Under the pieces are notes generated by a model. It saw only the letters and a program-made list of their open reading frames with translations. It ran no database searches and was not told the DNA's origin. A DNA stretch of 64,000 nt from Schizosaccharomyces osmophilus (lineage: Eukaryota). Location: assembly GCF_027921745.1 (NCBI RefSeq), contig NC_079239.1, positions 1,426,001 through 1,490,000 of the forward strand. Direction: 5' to 3'. A program made the translations under genes and the position numbers. The stretch's first letter is position 1. Each line of letters opens with the position of its first letter. Positions 35,101-45,662 of this stretch are shown piece by piece.

Positions 35101-36870
35101 ATAAGTTAAAAAGTCATTTATGGATCCTTGAAAAGATCCAGTATAGTTGGGACCTAAAGCATAAATGACAGCGATTTGAGAAGAAAGTAACGATTCCGTG
35201 AAAAACCTAGTAGTTCCAATCAGCAGTGGTAATAAGCTAACAGATGATTCAGTAGTTGGATTGCTCTTTTCAAATATGCCACTTTTCAATGAACCATTTA
35301 TATGCCCATGGTTATCCGGAGGCATTTGAACCAAATCTTTAGACCCCATCGAAGGGCCTAGAGAAATATATAGAGGTTGAAGTAAAGACGGAATGAAAGG
35401 ATATGAAGAGGGTGCACTTTCGACGAATGTTCCATCAATGTACAAATCGATTGTAGAAGACGATTTTTCGTTTCTATGAACAAGAGTAATCAATCGCCAT
35501 GTAGATGATTTAACATTACTACTTTTTGAGGAAGATGCTGTCAAAGGAGTACAAAATTTGATAATACACGCATCTTTGTTTGTAGCATATGAACCAAAAT
35601 GCACGCTAATCGAATTTGTCGATGGATCAACCATCACGCGTAACAAGGGAGATTTCAAAAAATCGGTGACCAAAAATAATGTTGTCGGGACAGATCTTTT
35701 GTTGACATTATCGTCAGTTAAGCATTTGGAATGTAGCCATAAAGAAATTGAGTATCCTGTGTTGGGATTGATAGGGGTGCTCAAGGTGAAGTCAATAGAG
35801 GAGTAACCTTTCACGAGAGGGTTGAAATACAAAGCTGGAGCTACTGGCTTTGATAAAGCTTTCGTAAACCATCGCCGTGCCAAAGGAGACTTTCTATTGA
35901 TATATGTATTCAAAATTTTTGAAGTATTATTATTTGACAATCCATAAGTCGCACAATTTAATGTAATATCAAAAAGCAAATCTTTCATAGAATCTGGTAT
36001 TGGGTAATTATTAGGAGGATTAAATAAATAATCCAACAAATCATCCATCACCCTTGAGGAAGATAGCTTAATGGCATTCTCCGGAGAGTAATTTACCAAT
36101 CGCTGCAGATGAATCAAAAGCAAGTTAAAAATGGATACTGATGGACACAGGGAAAATATTTGGGGGAGAACATCAACAAAAGCCAGGTACTTACCGGAGA
36201 GATTTTGCAAGCACGATTCTACCGAATCAAATAGTTTGGATGGCGAAAAGTTTGTTCTGCTTGTAAATAAAGAAGTATCTTTAGTTGCTAAAAAACAGTC
36301 ATTCAGGGAAAATGCTAAGATTGATAGCATAAGTCTGCACTTCAAGTAGGTACTAGGGGTGTCTTTTAAATTGGAATCAGGGAAATTCAATTCATTCTTT
36401 CTGTAACCAGATGTCAAACTGCTTCTTTCCGATCCACCTGAAGTATCTAAATTTTTCTGCTCTACTTCAAGAGAATTCTTGCTTAAAGAAGGAGATGCTT
36501 CATTATTTTTTTCGAAAGACGAGAGTAGGTTTTGCACAGCAAACTCAAGCCATGTAGCTATGCGTTTTCTAGACAAGAGCCATGAACGCAACATGCTATA
36601 CGAGGTAGCGATGCTCAAAATTTGCAAGCAGCATTCAAAAATTTCTAAGCTTTGGAATGAATGAAATGTTAATTTTACCAAAGCCTTTTTGATTGCGATA
36701 AACCCATGATCTCGTATAAACAGTTGTGGGAAAAAAGAGTTCGAGATTTCTGATTTGACTAAGTAATGAAATTCCTTCAAGTTATTGAATAATGTAGCCT
36801 CTGAATCGCATCCTATGATTATGGAAATCAGTTCAACACATTTTGAATATGTAACAGTCTCTTCAGCCAT
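29125..36870 (-). CDS. lvs1: BEACH/WD40 beige-family protein with a C-terminal FYVE-like finger
   Basis: 2581-aa intronless ORF; PH-BEACH (ISNFNYL, TQYPVFPWV, HYGTHYSS, VRELIPEFY), WD40 repeats, Cys-rich tail. Confidence 0.95.
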   Translation of the reverse strand: MAEETVTYSKCVELISIIIGCDSEATLFNNLKEFHYLVKSEISNSFFPQLFIRDHGFIAIKKALVKLTFHSFQSLEIFECCLQILSIATSYSMLRSWLLSRKRIATWLEFAVQNLLSSFEKNNEASPSLSKNSLEVEQKNLDTSGGSERSSLTSGYRKNELNFPDSNLKDTPSTYLKCRLMLSILAFSLNDCFLATKDTSLFTSRTNFSPSKLFDSVESCLQNLSGKYLAFVDVLPQIFSLCPSVSIFNLLLIHLQRLVNYSPENAIKLSSSRVMDDLLDYLFNPPNNYPIPDSMKDLLFDITLNCATYGLSNNNTSKILNTYINRKSPLARRWFTKALSKPVAPALYFNPLVKGYSSIDFTLSTPINPNTGYSISLWLHSKCLTDDNVNKRSVPTTLFLVTDFLKSPLLRVMVDPSTNSISVHFGSYATNKDACIIKFCTPLTASSSKSSNVKSSTWRLITLVHRNEKSSSTIDLYIDGTFVESAPSSYPFIPSLLQPLYISLGPSMGSKDLVQMPPDNHGHINGSLKSGIFEKSNPTTESSVSLLPLLIGTTRFFTESLLSSQIAVIYALGPNYTGSFQGSINDFLTYRASSELSMEVQALNLSAEGVLKNMKSISSSTIAFTASAKSYVYINDPCLSGFSSFSILDTLKDLQDQFYSYVYINRASPSYDQIFSMDKPSFGVSSGSVTPIVMPSLSDALYNVGGSSISINLISIAETIEELNFGLLFYLSAIEDNWRFSEQVEQGHAYEILAKVLHTKSHLLSSEETLRLISSKAGVHHERSKHPFILNPLLFRYLILDFDLWSKARDSHSVIQQLSYIVSLIENNEYSNINIKRLMKMQVLKKLLAAMRARLFRLDVLPLLKVVLKVLLATSFVSENVRAIVTYIIYAAFATKRNTRTNRLSNASLNPKRPEEAIEYLDIRESGHAVCEVFVSLLIESNQEPSFLRRFSSMITPAWLLFLIRQTDSHYFLFGLRLLNQSVCSLGSSFISKFSQKFHGFLVLKNSLPQQLHIEEVWLNLVQLALGVGTRGIEFKPDCSFEEKLNYMLWNYKDRIFPVPEVIVILLDSIYTLLRNSSLPEADVQMTESLYYGQQTLLLLTDAQISYSLDISLGFDINEHIVRMVFPFFSPKEDVAPEQEIRELMESVRHPLPRSSSSKAFSQGIRRSVRKMSASGSNRRVVTSFTNRVRQEAFNEQLNTDSIQPSTQPKFNTTIFLENTVIDGAKSKKLINELFISVLTTAYDRIVAGQGFSFSKLIISLPSSTKTKKASFVRIAFHSILQQLIKSVKDDKTFLKNPHVLINFSYMFTKYLRIRIVGFMDEFCFNIIDDIGYLLEELEFAENQLDFSSKNTKYAICNLFGCFLRLILLELDRTKEKGDEATMENVMMKILYWQTPLLASKNHQPELFSLLWYSMYMVLKSGNERARLSAVDIWRLLYIQSPNYLNQVNKGFRMEFPFSRDMQTITGLQSDQFLSWLQDNISEADEFMQTCFSFQFENFLKQEHKAAEDEMTSLKLLRLEFLKKSLTIASSEQNLLNEMSHSYEAWISSLYSLECSRFRKIFQDQSDQENFVMSALFSNQAELAGENSVLSLSPASWELDSTEGSERMRSRLRPCITPPKEINSEQESEQKSSFVTGNRSFHGSVNSEVPLRTQGKEAITLMVPYNEDTLHDSEATSTNESTFGKEDEDDTFEEDKEDKNRTVMRSIMPGDTIQDAYNVSRIFGLEAMEGILLLGKQYLYLMDNFFLRSDNEIVDINDSSVTDEKDPYLQLLNMQSLNSSRNTLPVISRESSWYWNFSDLSLVLKRFYLLRDVGIELFFKDGRSFLTILSTTKNRDALYQKLIAKAHGADVLSTSHLATSMSRDLGKATNRTNFIGTKLANVLSFNSGHPATKRWERHEISNFNYLQIVNTLAGRTYNDLTQYPVFPWVIADYTSEELDLSNPRTFRDLSKPMGAQYPPRESQFKERYDLLLSLGDLQQKPFHYGTHYSSAMIVCSYLIRLRPFVNSYLALQGGQFDHADRLFYSIEQTWNSSSKENMADVRELIPEFYYLSEMFVNGNGFDFGSRQNETEPINDVILPPWAKGDPAIFVQKNREALESKYASSHLHEWIDLVFGYKQRGEEAVESTNVFHNLSYQGSVDLEDIENEFELAAAVGIIHNFGQTPKQVFKRPHPPRGPDFTDTPLGPYLFGRFEKNMGLLFQSASPVIEISKKIVHMLYDPTKDTLRAFSPGFVPLSSYSTLIWGGVNNDVELIMEQTDSKLVVFEELHSDKITHLLGCDERTFLTASYDLTLRLWQLSDSKPARLSLKKVLYGHRAKITSVSVCKAFSIIVSGDESGSLMIWDLNRAEFVRSVRVYGQSIQTISVNARNGEIAFTSGCCCCIIDINGKILVKDTLSRIYNSNLNEDICSLSFYTGANSEWLNKDLFFTGHEDGIVRIWEKRLESKAILESKDVLDKPKWRLHLVRQLQHKSGFGRNKIPTRQTITCITCSGQARGIFTGDNLGQVHAWMLPDTTSNVHVERDATNDLCSLCDARFSLMEWRSQCRACGNSNVCSDCISTLKDTNIKTCYECYRQLPSYYKG

Positions 36871-38053
36871 GACAGCTAAGGTCTTGTGAGGGAATAAAGC
36901 AGTTCAATATTTGGGAAAGAATAATAACAAATGTTATAGGTTCAGCATGCAACCTCTATCGAAAGAGACTCAATACTTATTTTGGGTATTGAGATCATAT
37001 GACCCGATATTCATAAAAATGCTAGTTATTTATTATGCTTTTTCCTTAAATCGAATTTTAGTTCTCTTGATGATTTCTTAAACCGTTTTTCTCGTTTTGA
37101 ATTGATATGTTGGGTGAATACAGTGTTTGTAAGAGAGTAAGAGAATAATATGATTGCTGCGTATCTTCTGATGAATACCTTCACTGCCTAACTTTAAAAT
37201 ATATAATTAATTTATAATAAAGATTTCTATCAGTTTCAACTAAACTAAATACCGGTTTCATACATACAAGCCATTCGCAGTGTAAGGAAATCAATTATAC
37301 TTACCTCTCTGAATAAATTGAGTAATTTGATTTTCGCAGGAAATGACTTAAACTTCACAGAACATAATAAACCAAAACATATAATTGAAAAAACGAAAAA
37401 GTGAATCTACCTTGGAAACTATTTGACAAATAACAGCGGATTGGAAACTGCTACAAGAAACAAAATTATAGAATAGAGCAATCTATTCATGGGTAGCTCC
37501 CGATTAAGAAACTATTAGGCAAACCACTCATATCGCGAAAAATTTCAATATAAGGACAATAATTATGTCAAAACAAAAAACACACACAATGGAAACTACC
37601 CTTTGTCAAAAGAAAAAGTTAGAGTTACATGATTGGTGGCTAAATTATCCGTTCAAATTATCCTTCATCAATTCATAATACCCTAAATTCGTGAAAAGAG
37701 AAAAAAAATAGAACCGCATTTCCTACGCACCGACCTAATACTTAACGGTTAATTCGTTGAGAACTAGAAAGTATGCGTCCATTCAGCCCAAAGTTAAGTA
37801 TAAAATAAAGGAAAACCAACTCTAAGCAATAATTGATGGCAGCGTAATCAATGAATTATTCGAATAAAAAGCAAAAAATAAACATCATATGAGAACACAC
37901 GAGAATCAACCATCAAGGATTGCTGAGAGAACAAATCATTGCTTCTATTAAAAAACAAACAGCACACATAAACGGCAATAAAAGGAGGCATTGGAAGGGA
38001 TAAGGGAAAAATGAGATTCAAAGAATAAGTAGATTCGGCTAGAATTACTTGAT

Positions 38054-39145
38054 CTAGTTAGGCCGTGGAATATACTGAGCGGTTGGAGTAGGCATATCGT
38101 TGATTACAGGAGCGGTACTTTTCACTTCACCTTTATCATTAAACGACTGATTTCGATAATTTTTAAAGGACGAACGCTCGGGCGGAGATGTAACCTGCGC
38201 TGACGCGGCTAATTGGTGTTGCAATTGTTGTTGATTTTGCTGATCCTGCTGATTTTTTCTCTTCGAAGTCCAATCAAACATGTAGTCAAACTCATAATTT
38301 TGTCTGCAAAATAGGTCGCGGAAGAGTTTGCGAAGATAAGCATAATCAGGCTTGTCATCGAAACGAAGAGATCGAGTGTAATTTAAATAAATTGCAAATT
38401 CTTGGGGAAAACCACGGCACAAAGCCTCAGTAGGAGTAGAGATTTTCTTTTCCATGATCTTTTCGTACTTTTGTTTCTTTGTAGCAGCCTTCAGTCCCTG
38501 CCAAGGAAGGCTTCCACGACACAAGTACACTAATACATAACCCAATGACTCCAAATCATCACGGCGAGATTGTTCAATACCCAAGTGAGTGTTAATGCTT
38601 GCATAACGAGCAGTGCCAGTAAGGTTTTTGTTTTCACGATAAGGGATATGAAGATGGGTTTTGTGGTCTCGATACTTCTTTGCCAAACCAAAATCAATGA
38701 CATTGACCTGATTACCGCGCTTTCCAATACCCATCAAGAAATTATCAGGCTTAATATCTCGATGCAAAAACGACTTGGAATGAATAAATTCGATTCGTGA
38801 TATCAACTGATCAGCAAGTAGAAGCACTGTCTTCAAAGTAAATTTTCTACTGCAGAAATTGAACAAATCTTCCAACGATGGACCAAGAAGATCCATAACC
38901 ATAGCATTATAGTCGCATTCTATTCCAAACCAACGAACAAATGGAATTCCTACTCCACCTGACAAAATGCGATAAACTCGATATTCGTATTCCAGTTGAG
39001 GATGTTTGGCCCTCGTAGATTCCAACTTGATTGCGACTTCCTCACCAGAAACAATGTTTGTGCCTAAATAAATATCACCAAAGGAACCACTCCCAATTTT
39101 ACGCCCAATGCGATATTTGTTTCCAATTCGGAGGTCCAACGCCAT
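38054..39145 (-). CDS. hhp1: Casein kinase 1 (Hrr25 orthologue) Hhp1
   Basis: [49 protein letters not shown]. Confidence 0.97.
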   Translation of the reverse strand: MALDLRIGNKYRIGRKIGSGSFGDIYLGTNIVSGEEVAIKLESTRAKHPQLEYEYRVYRILSGGVGIPFVRWFGIECDYNAMVMDLLGPSLEDLFNFCSRKFTLKTVLLLADQLISRIEFIHSKSFLHRDIKPDNFLMGIGKRGNQVNVIDFGLAKKYRDHKTHLHIPYRENKNLTGTARYASINTHLGIEQSRRDDLESLGYVLVYLCRGSLPWQGLKAATKKQKYEKIMEKKISTPTEALCRGFPQEFAIYLNYTRSLRFDDKPDYAYLRKLFRDLFCRQNYEFDYMFDWTSKRKNQQDQQNQQQLQHQLAASAQVTSPPERSSFKNYRNQSFNDKGEVKSTAPVINDMPTPTAQYIPRPN

Positions 39146-39908
39146 CTTAGAAACGATATCGTCTGTGTTTTTTTTTGTCAGAGAAATTGAACCTCCACTA
39201 CTTCAGTGTATTCGATCCAGCTAAAAAAGGTTGGTGAAAGAAGAAGTTAGATTTGCATTGTATGCTGAAATTAGTAAATTCCAACGTAATCACACAAAGT
39301 GGGTATTACCGTGGTCAAACGTATAAAAATAGCTAATCATAGTAAACAAATACAAAAGTAAATAAAAACAGCATTTCGTTTGTTTTAAAACATTGAACAA
39401 CTAATAGTTACAGAAATAAATCAAACATTATGGGTTCTTTCCTGCCCTTTTTTTTTGGAAAAGCAAAAAGAAGTTAGGAGCCTTATTACAACGACATTTA
39501 AAAATACGAGGTAACACATTTAGAGACATGCAGAATAGGTAGATCCAAGAGTAATAGAGTAAATTAATAATGTCTATCTAATAGATAGAAGTAATGAAAG
39601 TTATGTTAAAAAAAAAACAAGTTTTGAACAATAACTAAACATCCCATTAGTAAAAAAGAAATGTAAACCTTCTACTAGAGCTATATACCGACAAGGCTTA
39701 TCGTTTGAACAAAAAGTTTACATCTAACAGTCCGAAAAGGAAAGAGATGAAGGTAAAGAGCGTGAAAGAAAAAGAATGTGTCACTAATAAACGAACGCGG
39801 AGAAAAGAACGAAAGAAAAAGTTTAAATACAAGTTAAATATGCGGATAAAGAACGAAACGTGGCCAAACGATTGTAGAGTGCCGCTGTAGCCAAAAACAC
39901 ATGTAATA

Positions 39909-41132
39909 TCAAAGATCGAAAAATGTAATTTTTTGTTTTAATGGTGACCCAACGATGGGTTCATAAGCCAAATATTTCTTTTTGGCGGATTCCAATTGTT
40001 TTCTCTGGCGAGGAGATAGATTGGATAATTTGGTTGCACTAAAAGGTGAATCTAATTTCAAAGCATTGGTTTCCTGAACGCGAAAAACACCTTCCCTACC
40101 ATTTGGTCGTTTTTTTGCTGAAGGCACGTTGAGAAAAGTCGTATTTCCTTTTGATTTAGGCCTTTCCTTGAGCAAACGAGCATTTTCAGCAAACGATGGA
40201 TTGAAGTTATATTCAATTCCCTCCAAAGGTTTTTTGGAACTCGTTCTCGACTGATTATGAGAAGGCATGTCTACATCTAATACAAAAGGGCCCGATTTTG
40301 TTTTCATACGAGTTACCTGAGACCTGGAGGGATTTATGTTTGCAAGTGCCAAACCATGCCTCGGTACCAAACTTTTAAAGTTTATACGGAAGGCGGATTC
40401 GTTCACCCACTTTTTCGCTGAATAACAAGCCGCAACCCATTCCGGCGAGACGAATTCTATTGTGCTTTCGGAGGGTATGGCATCGAGCATCGAGTAGGAA
40501 TAGCTGTTTTTTGGCAAGACCATGTGAGTTGTTAAATCGTGTTTACTAAATTGAGGCCGTTTGTGAATGGTGGCTCCAAGTTCGGTTAATTGCTGAGCCA
40601 GAATATTACGATCCAACATTTTTTCCTCAATTGTCACAGACACTGAAGCCATAGACAATGGAAATTGTTCTTCCTTGAACTTTGAGGCTACCTGTGTGGA
40701 CACAGTCGTATCGTGCACCGATTTCGACGACAACGAAAGAGAAACGGTCGGCTTCCAAAAATCAGCATAAGCGTCTTCTAGTTGTTCTTCAGTGATTGCA
40801 GAGAAATAGCCATCATTTGGAGGAGAGTCACGACCTACAGGAGACAGATACTTGGAAGATGCAAAGGGAATCAAAGATGGGATATTTTTGTCAGATATAC
40901 GAGGAGCGACGCCGAATCGTTCTGAGGGAAACCCAACACCGTCAAGACTATTGACACGCTCGTGTCTCCTATGAGAGCGGTTTATGTTCGTTACTGTTTG
41001 GTGTTGTTTTGAAACTGGCTCCGTGTTGGATTTCAGAGATTGTAGAGAATGCAAGCTATGACGACGATAATGTCCCTTTCTATGCATTCGAGGATTCGGC
41101 AAAACATCTTGTTTTGATTCCAGCGATAGCAT
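39909..41132 (-). CDS. mug176: BRCT-domain protein
   Basis: LTELGATI..TTHMVL..FVSPEWVAACY BRCT signature; name from recalled synteny. Confidence 0.75.
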   Translation of the reverse strand: MLSLESKQDVLPNPRMHRKGHYRRHSLHSLQSLKSNTEPVSKQHQTVTNINRSHRRHERVNSLDGVGFPSERFGVAPRISDKNIPSLIPFASSKYLSPVGRDSPPNDGYFSAITEEQLEDAYADFWKPTVSLSLSSKSVHDTTVSTQVASKFKEEQFPLSMASVSVTIEEKMLDRNILAQQLTELGATIHKRPQFSKHDLTTHMVLPKNSYSYSMLDAIPSESTIEFVSPEWVAACYSAKKWVNESAFRINFKSLVPRHGLALANINPSRSQVTRMKTKSGPFVLDVDMPSHNQSRTSSKKPLEGIEYNFNPSFAENARLLKERPKSKGNTTFLNVPSAKKRPNGREGVFRVQETNALKLDSPFSATKLSNLSPRQRKQLESAKKKYLAYEPIVGSPLKQKITFFDL

Positions 41133-41576
41133 TAAGCTCCGTAGTAGAACACAAGACCCATGTAGAAAGAGGGTTGAAATTGCTAAAGAGAAGATGCTTT
41201 CCCGGAGGGAAATTCTCTGTAGGGTCAGAAAAATGGGTATGGCATGATTACCAACATCTTGCTATTTCTTTATAAGGAGCACATTGAATTTCGTTCTTTA
41301 TTGATTAAAGAGAAAACAAAAAGCATCACTATTACTGGCTATTCTAAATATAGAAGTCATTATAATCACGTTAAAGATTTTCCAAACTTCAAGAGCGTTC
41401 GTTATTCGTATTTAAGGGAAAGGATTTATTGCGAAATATGAAAAGTGAATGCGAATGCAAAAGGAGAGGAATTGGTGAGAGAGAAGGGAAAAAACGAAGG
41501 AATCAGAAGACCATTTCTAATTACAAAACAAAGAAGAATGGAGAGAGAAGGAAAGGATACGGGCGGGTTTAGACGA

Positions 41577-42518
41577 CTACCTCCAATATCCCAGGTATAC
41601 GATAACTCCAGCAACGGCGATGAAGAAGGGGGAAAGGAAGAAAGCTCGATTGTTGTACCAACAGCCTTTTTTTATCGAAAGCTTTGCTTCAGCTGTAAAT
41701 GCACGCGCTTTCCAAGTTTCCAAATTTGCTATCGTTGATTCAGCTTCCCGGATGGCAGCATCGGAGGTATGTTTATGGGGCAATGAAAGAAAAGAAGAAG
41801 CGTCGGTAGACTTGTTTGGAACCTCAACAGAAGAAGGGGAGAGAAAATCGTGTTCTACTGAGGATGTGGACAAAGAACCACGAGTCATTAAAGAAGATTC
41901 GGCAGACTTTACGCCATCAGAGGCTCGAAGAGAAGACTTTCTGTCTATATGAATGGAATGGTTAATGAACCCAGCAGTTGTTGACATTCCTTGAACATCA
42001 TGTTCTAGATTTTCTAAATCCTCATTCAATTCTACACATCGCCGGTATTGAATTGCCATTTGTCGCATAATTGAATCCAGCATAACCTCTGTTTCTAAAT
42101 GTCGAGCAGGACCCGTTGAAGCGGGGACTCCGCGCGTGAGTATTCGAATTTGTGCAGAAACTTTTTTATGAATTATTTCTTCCTCATTATAAATATCCAC
42201 GCCAAAATCCAAAACATCTCCCGAATTTAATTTGCACGGTGCCGAAGCCTTATTCTCAGACGACAGTCGATTTCCATTCACAAACGTTCCATTAGAAGAC
42301 TTTACATCCCGAACGTAAAGAATAAGAGAGTCTTTTTCCATCCATATTTCCGCGTGCTGTCGGCTAAGCACCTTGGAATTGAAATACAGATTGGATGCCG
42401 CTGGAGCAGTCGATTTGTTCGTATGTCTTCCTACTTTGTATGTAACAGATGGTGAGAGTACTAATTTTTTCGTTTGAAAAGAATCGTTCAATGGAGTCAG
42501 CGTAACTACGGCAGACAT
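41577..42518 (-). CDS. far10: FHA-domain tail-anchored STRIPAK/SIP subunit (Far10/Csc1, SLMAP-like)
   Basis: FHA motifs KVGR, SKVLSRQHA, DVKSSNGTFVN; coiled coil; C-terminal TM helix. Confidence 0.88.
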   Translation of the reverse strand: MSAVVTLTPLNDSFQTKKLVLSPSVTYKVGRHTNKSTAPAASNLYFNSKVLSRQHAEIWMEKDSLILYVRDVKSSNGTFVNGNRLSSENKASAPCKLNSGDVLDFGVDIYNEEEIIHKKVSAQIRILTRGVPASTGPARHLETEVMLDSIMRQMAIQYRRCVELNEDLENLEHDVQGMSTTAGFINHSIHIDRKSSLRASDGVKSAESSLMTRGSLSTSSVEHDFLSPSSVEVPNKSTDASSFLSLPHKHTSDAAIREAESTIANLETWKARAFTAEAKLSIKKGCWYNNRAFFLSPFFIAVAGVIVYLGYWR

Positions 42519-43204
42519 TTCCTATACCACACAAACCCTTGAAAAACAGTGCTGTAGCTCTATATTTAAGCAAAAAACCAAATGAAAATACAATGTTAAC
42601 AGAATGAATGAGAAAGACGGAATCGCCGACCAGCTTTGGAAATTCCTAGGATTGTATGTTGTCAATCCCTTTCCTTCTCTGATTGACAGTGTAGCGAGGA
42701 AGGAAAGGTTAAATGGAACGAAAACATTTCTGACTTTATCTATTTTCATGTTCAAAAAATAAAGTAAATTAATGTTACATTTAGATTTAATTGTAAAAGA
42801 AAACATCATCACCAAATATTGTCGAATCTTTCATACCTGGAGTGTTCACTAAACTCGACATGTCCTGAACTGAAAAGCAATTTGAAAGTTCCTTTTTTTT
42901 TTATTATTATTATTTTATCATACAAGAAATAACCAGCTTAACTGCATCCTCCTTTATAGCTTTTCGCGATGTGAACGCAACAACTCATAAATATAAACAT
43001 GTATTTTCGTTACGTATAATCGTAATCTATGAAGCCGTTACAAATCAACTTAAGGTAAAACTATGTAAAAAAGGGTGAAGTCTGCCCCATTAATAGTTAT
43101 CAATGGGTAAATAACGAAATGCGATATTCGGTAGAGACTGAAACGAGAGAAACAATCATAATGTCCTGGTTCATCTATGCAAGATTGCTTTTATTTCATG
43201 GCAA

Positions 43205-44083
43205 TCATGGGGTTCCTCCAAATTTAACCGAAGAAGAAACAACTTTCAACCTGTAGGAAATATCATTGACCTTCTTTTGTAAAGCAGAAAGCTTTGCAGT
43301 TACAGCAAGTAAAATAGGATCTTGGGAGAACGCATCAATTCGTTGTGAAGTATGGGGCAATGCATTGTTTGTTTCAAGACTTCCAAATTTCAAAGAATCA
43401 AGTATTGGGTTTGTGCCAAGCAACCGAAACAAGTGAAGGCATACTGAAGATGTTGATACACTAAAACTTAGAGCCAGGTTAGGCGGTAAAGGAGGAGTAA
43501 ACAGATCATTGGCAGCTCTCTTATGTACATGTAAAGGGGGATGAGAGTGGGAGAAATATGAACCACTCGAATTTGACTGTAACGGCTGGGAAGAAGGAGT
43601 TTCCAAGGAGACATTGCTCCCTTGAGACACCAAATTTGGATTAGATGGTCCAGAAGTTTCTTCTTCTGTATTTAACAAGTAGACAATTGCTCGTAAAATT
43701 TCCTCCAGTTGTTGTACAGCACGGCCAGCGTTTTCTTTTATCCGTAGCAAAACGTATAGCAAGTAGCGCAGGTAATTTACAAGATTTATTATTTGCTCCA
43801 ACCGTACCGTATTAGGTTCCTCCAGCTTGATCATATGGGTCGACCTTCCCATTTTTATTGTGAGATTGATACGGTCAATCACAGCTCCTTTCCTGGAAAC
43901 AATTCCTTTCACGACGTCCGTCTTTGGCGAAGAGAACACAAGCACTGTAGGGGTTTCCCCTTCAACTAGTTCTAGTGCCTCTTTAACTTCATTTGTTACA
44001 GATTCCCAAAAACCCGGTAAGACATTCTGTTCAAACCACTCTTTTTCTTTTTGAACGACAAATGCGTTTACATCTGTTTCCAT
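43205..44083 (-). CDS. rav2: RAVE complex subunit Rav2 (Rogdi family)
   Basis: EKEWF, VKGIVSRKG, LEQI, FTPPLPPNLALSF, SQDPILLAVTAKLSAL. Confidence 0.85.
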   Translation of the reverse strand: METDVNAFVVQKEKEWFEQNVLPGFWESVTNEVKEALELVEGETPTVLVFSSPKTDVVKGIVSRKGAVIDRINLTIKMGRSTHMIKLEEPNTVRLEQIINLVNYLRYLLYVLLRIKENAGRAVQQLEEILRAIVYLLNTEEETSGPSNPNLVSQGSNVSLETPSSQPLQSNSSGSYFSHSHPPLHVHKRAANDLFTPPLPPNLALSFSVSTSSVCLHLFRLLGTNPILDSLKFGSLETNNALPHTSQRIDAFSQDPILLAVTAKLSALQKKVNDISYRLKVVSSSVKFGGTP

Positions 44084-44393
44084 CGCCTTGCTTGGGGTAA
44101 TTAATGCTGTTGAGGGCCAACAAATTGGCTAAAGTTTTTTATTTACCAGATATGTTTTCAATGCTCTTGAAGGTAGGTTGAGTGCGCATTACCGTTTTAA
44201 AAACAGCAATAACAAAGAAGGACAATGAGTCAAAAAATGTTTTGATTTTGTAAATCTTCTTACTTTATTTGAAATGCATAAATCCTTTTTGATACTTACT
44301 TCATTTCGTTACTTAATCAAGAAAAATGGAATATACAAGTTTACATCGTAAGAAGCACAAAAACAAACTTCAATAATATTTATTTTTAACCTT

Positions 44394-45143
44394 TTATCTA
44401 CATTTTTCCCAAACCCCTTGAAGAAATGTTCGATCCATACTGAGATTTCGTTTCCGATTGTCGACCGTTCGACTAACTCGATCCAGCGAGATTAAACGAA
44501 GACCAGCACTTTCCATCCAATGATTTAATTCATCTTCGACAAAAAAGTATGATATTGTCCCATCCTGACGAACAAAAGTTCGTTCATCTATAAGAGAAGG
44601 ATCAGAGCTCTGTTGAAACTTCTCCTGAGCAAAATCACCATCACAATAATCTCGAAATACCAAATGTCCTTTTGGGCTTAATACCGATGACAAATTGCAA
44701 ATGGCGTCCTGCTGTTTTTCACGAGGAAGTGCTGAAAGCACAAAGATGGCTGTTAGAGTATCGACACCGCCATCTGGAACCCATTGATCCAAGCGATCTT
44801 CTGTTATATCGCATACAAAAGGAACAACGCTGGATTCATTGAAATGCTCATGCTTTTCTACAAACTCAATGGCACGGGGGCTGAAATCACAACAATAGAC
44901 CTTTAAATTCGGTTGTACCTCCAGCAATGGATAAACCAAATTTCCAACACCACAGCCTACTTCTAGTAGTGTTAATGGTCTTTTGTCAGGTAATCCAAAG
45001 TATATATCAAATTCCCGATCCAGCCAATGCCGATCCCGAAAGAATCGAGTCTCATTTCGTTTGTAAAATTTATCCCATGATTTTTTCGATTCTCGTTTGT
45101 ATTTTTCTGCCCAAAAAGGGCTTAAGGTATTTTTTGATTCCAT
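44394..45143 (-). CDS. trm141: tRNA m3C32 methyltransferase (METTL6-like)
   Basis: WDKFYKRNETRFFRDRHW, LEVGCGVGN, CDFSPRA, FRDY, VRQDGT; first ATG at 45143. Confidence 0.85.
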   Translation of the reverse strand: MESKNTLSPFWAEKYKRESKKSWDKFYKRNETRFFRDRHWLDREFDIYFGLPDKRPLTLLEVGCGVGNLVYPLLEVQPNLKVYCCDFSPRAIEFVEKHEHFNESSVVPFVCDITEDRLDQWVPDGGVDTLTAIFVLSALPREKQQDAICNLSSVLSPKGHLVFRDYCDGDFAQEKFQQSSDPSLIDERTFVRQDGTISYFFVEDELNHWMESAGLRLISLDRVSRTVDNRKRNLSMDRTFLQGVWEKCR

Positions 45144-45400
45144 AATGTTTAAAATAAACACAAATATTAAGACTGTTTTTTATGATAATTCGACCGGTAA
45201 GTTCAATACCAACAAATATGTGTAATTCGGTTGATCGGTATTATCTTGTTATAAAAAGTTTCCAAATCCTTTTTTAAAAGTATGAAAAAAGACAAATGTA
45301 ACTCTAAAGCTGCAAAGGTTTCCGTATAAGAGAGGTTTGTAAATTGCACGCATTACTTTGTTCACCGACTACACCAAAATTTACGATCAAGTTCAAATAA

Positions 45401-45631
45401 ATGAATCGAACTTCAGAAAGCGTGGAACCTACTCCTTTAGATAAAAACACTATCCATTGGAGTCGTGAACGGGTGCCGGTAGTCGTAGAAACCTCATCTG
45501 CTGAAAATGATGTTGACAATGAAGATGACGATAATTCAAAGTTACAACGGATCTTTATGGTAAACCGATGGGTTCCCAAACATCAACAAAATAATGAAAG
45601 AAAAGACAGTAGCCCTTTAAAAGCTCAATGA
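45401..45631 (+). CDS. Small 76-aa protein (position of S. pombe tam8) with a two-tryptophan motif
   Basis: ATG in an A-rich context; protein-like composition (HWSRERVPV..FMVNRWVPK); lies between trm141 and elp6. Confidence 0.7.
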   Translation: MNRTSESVEPTPLDKNTIHWSRERVPVVVETSSAENDVDNEDDDNSKLQRIFMVNRWVPKHQQNNERKDSSPLKAQ

Positions 45632-45662
45632 GCACCTATGATGTATTTTGCAGCAAAAAGCC

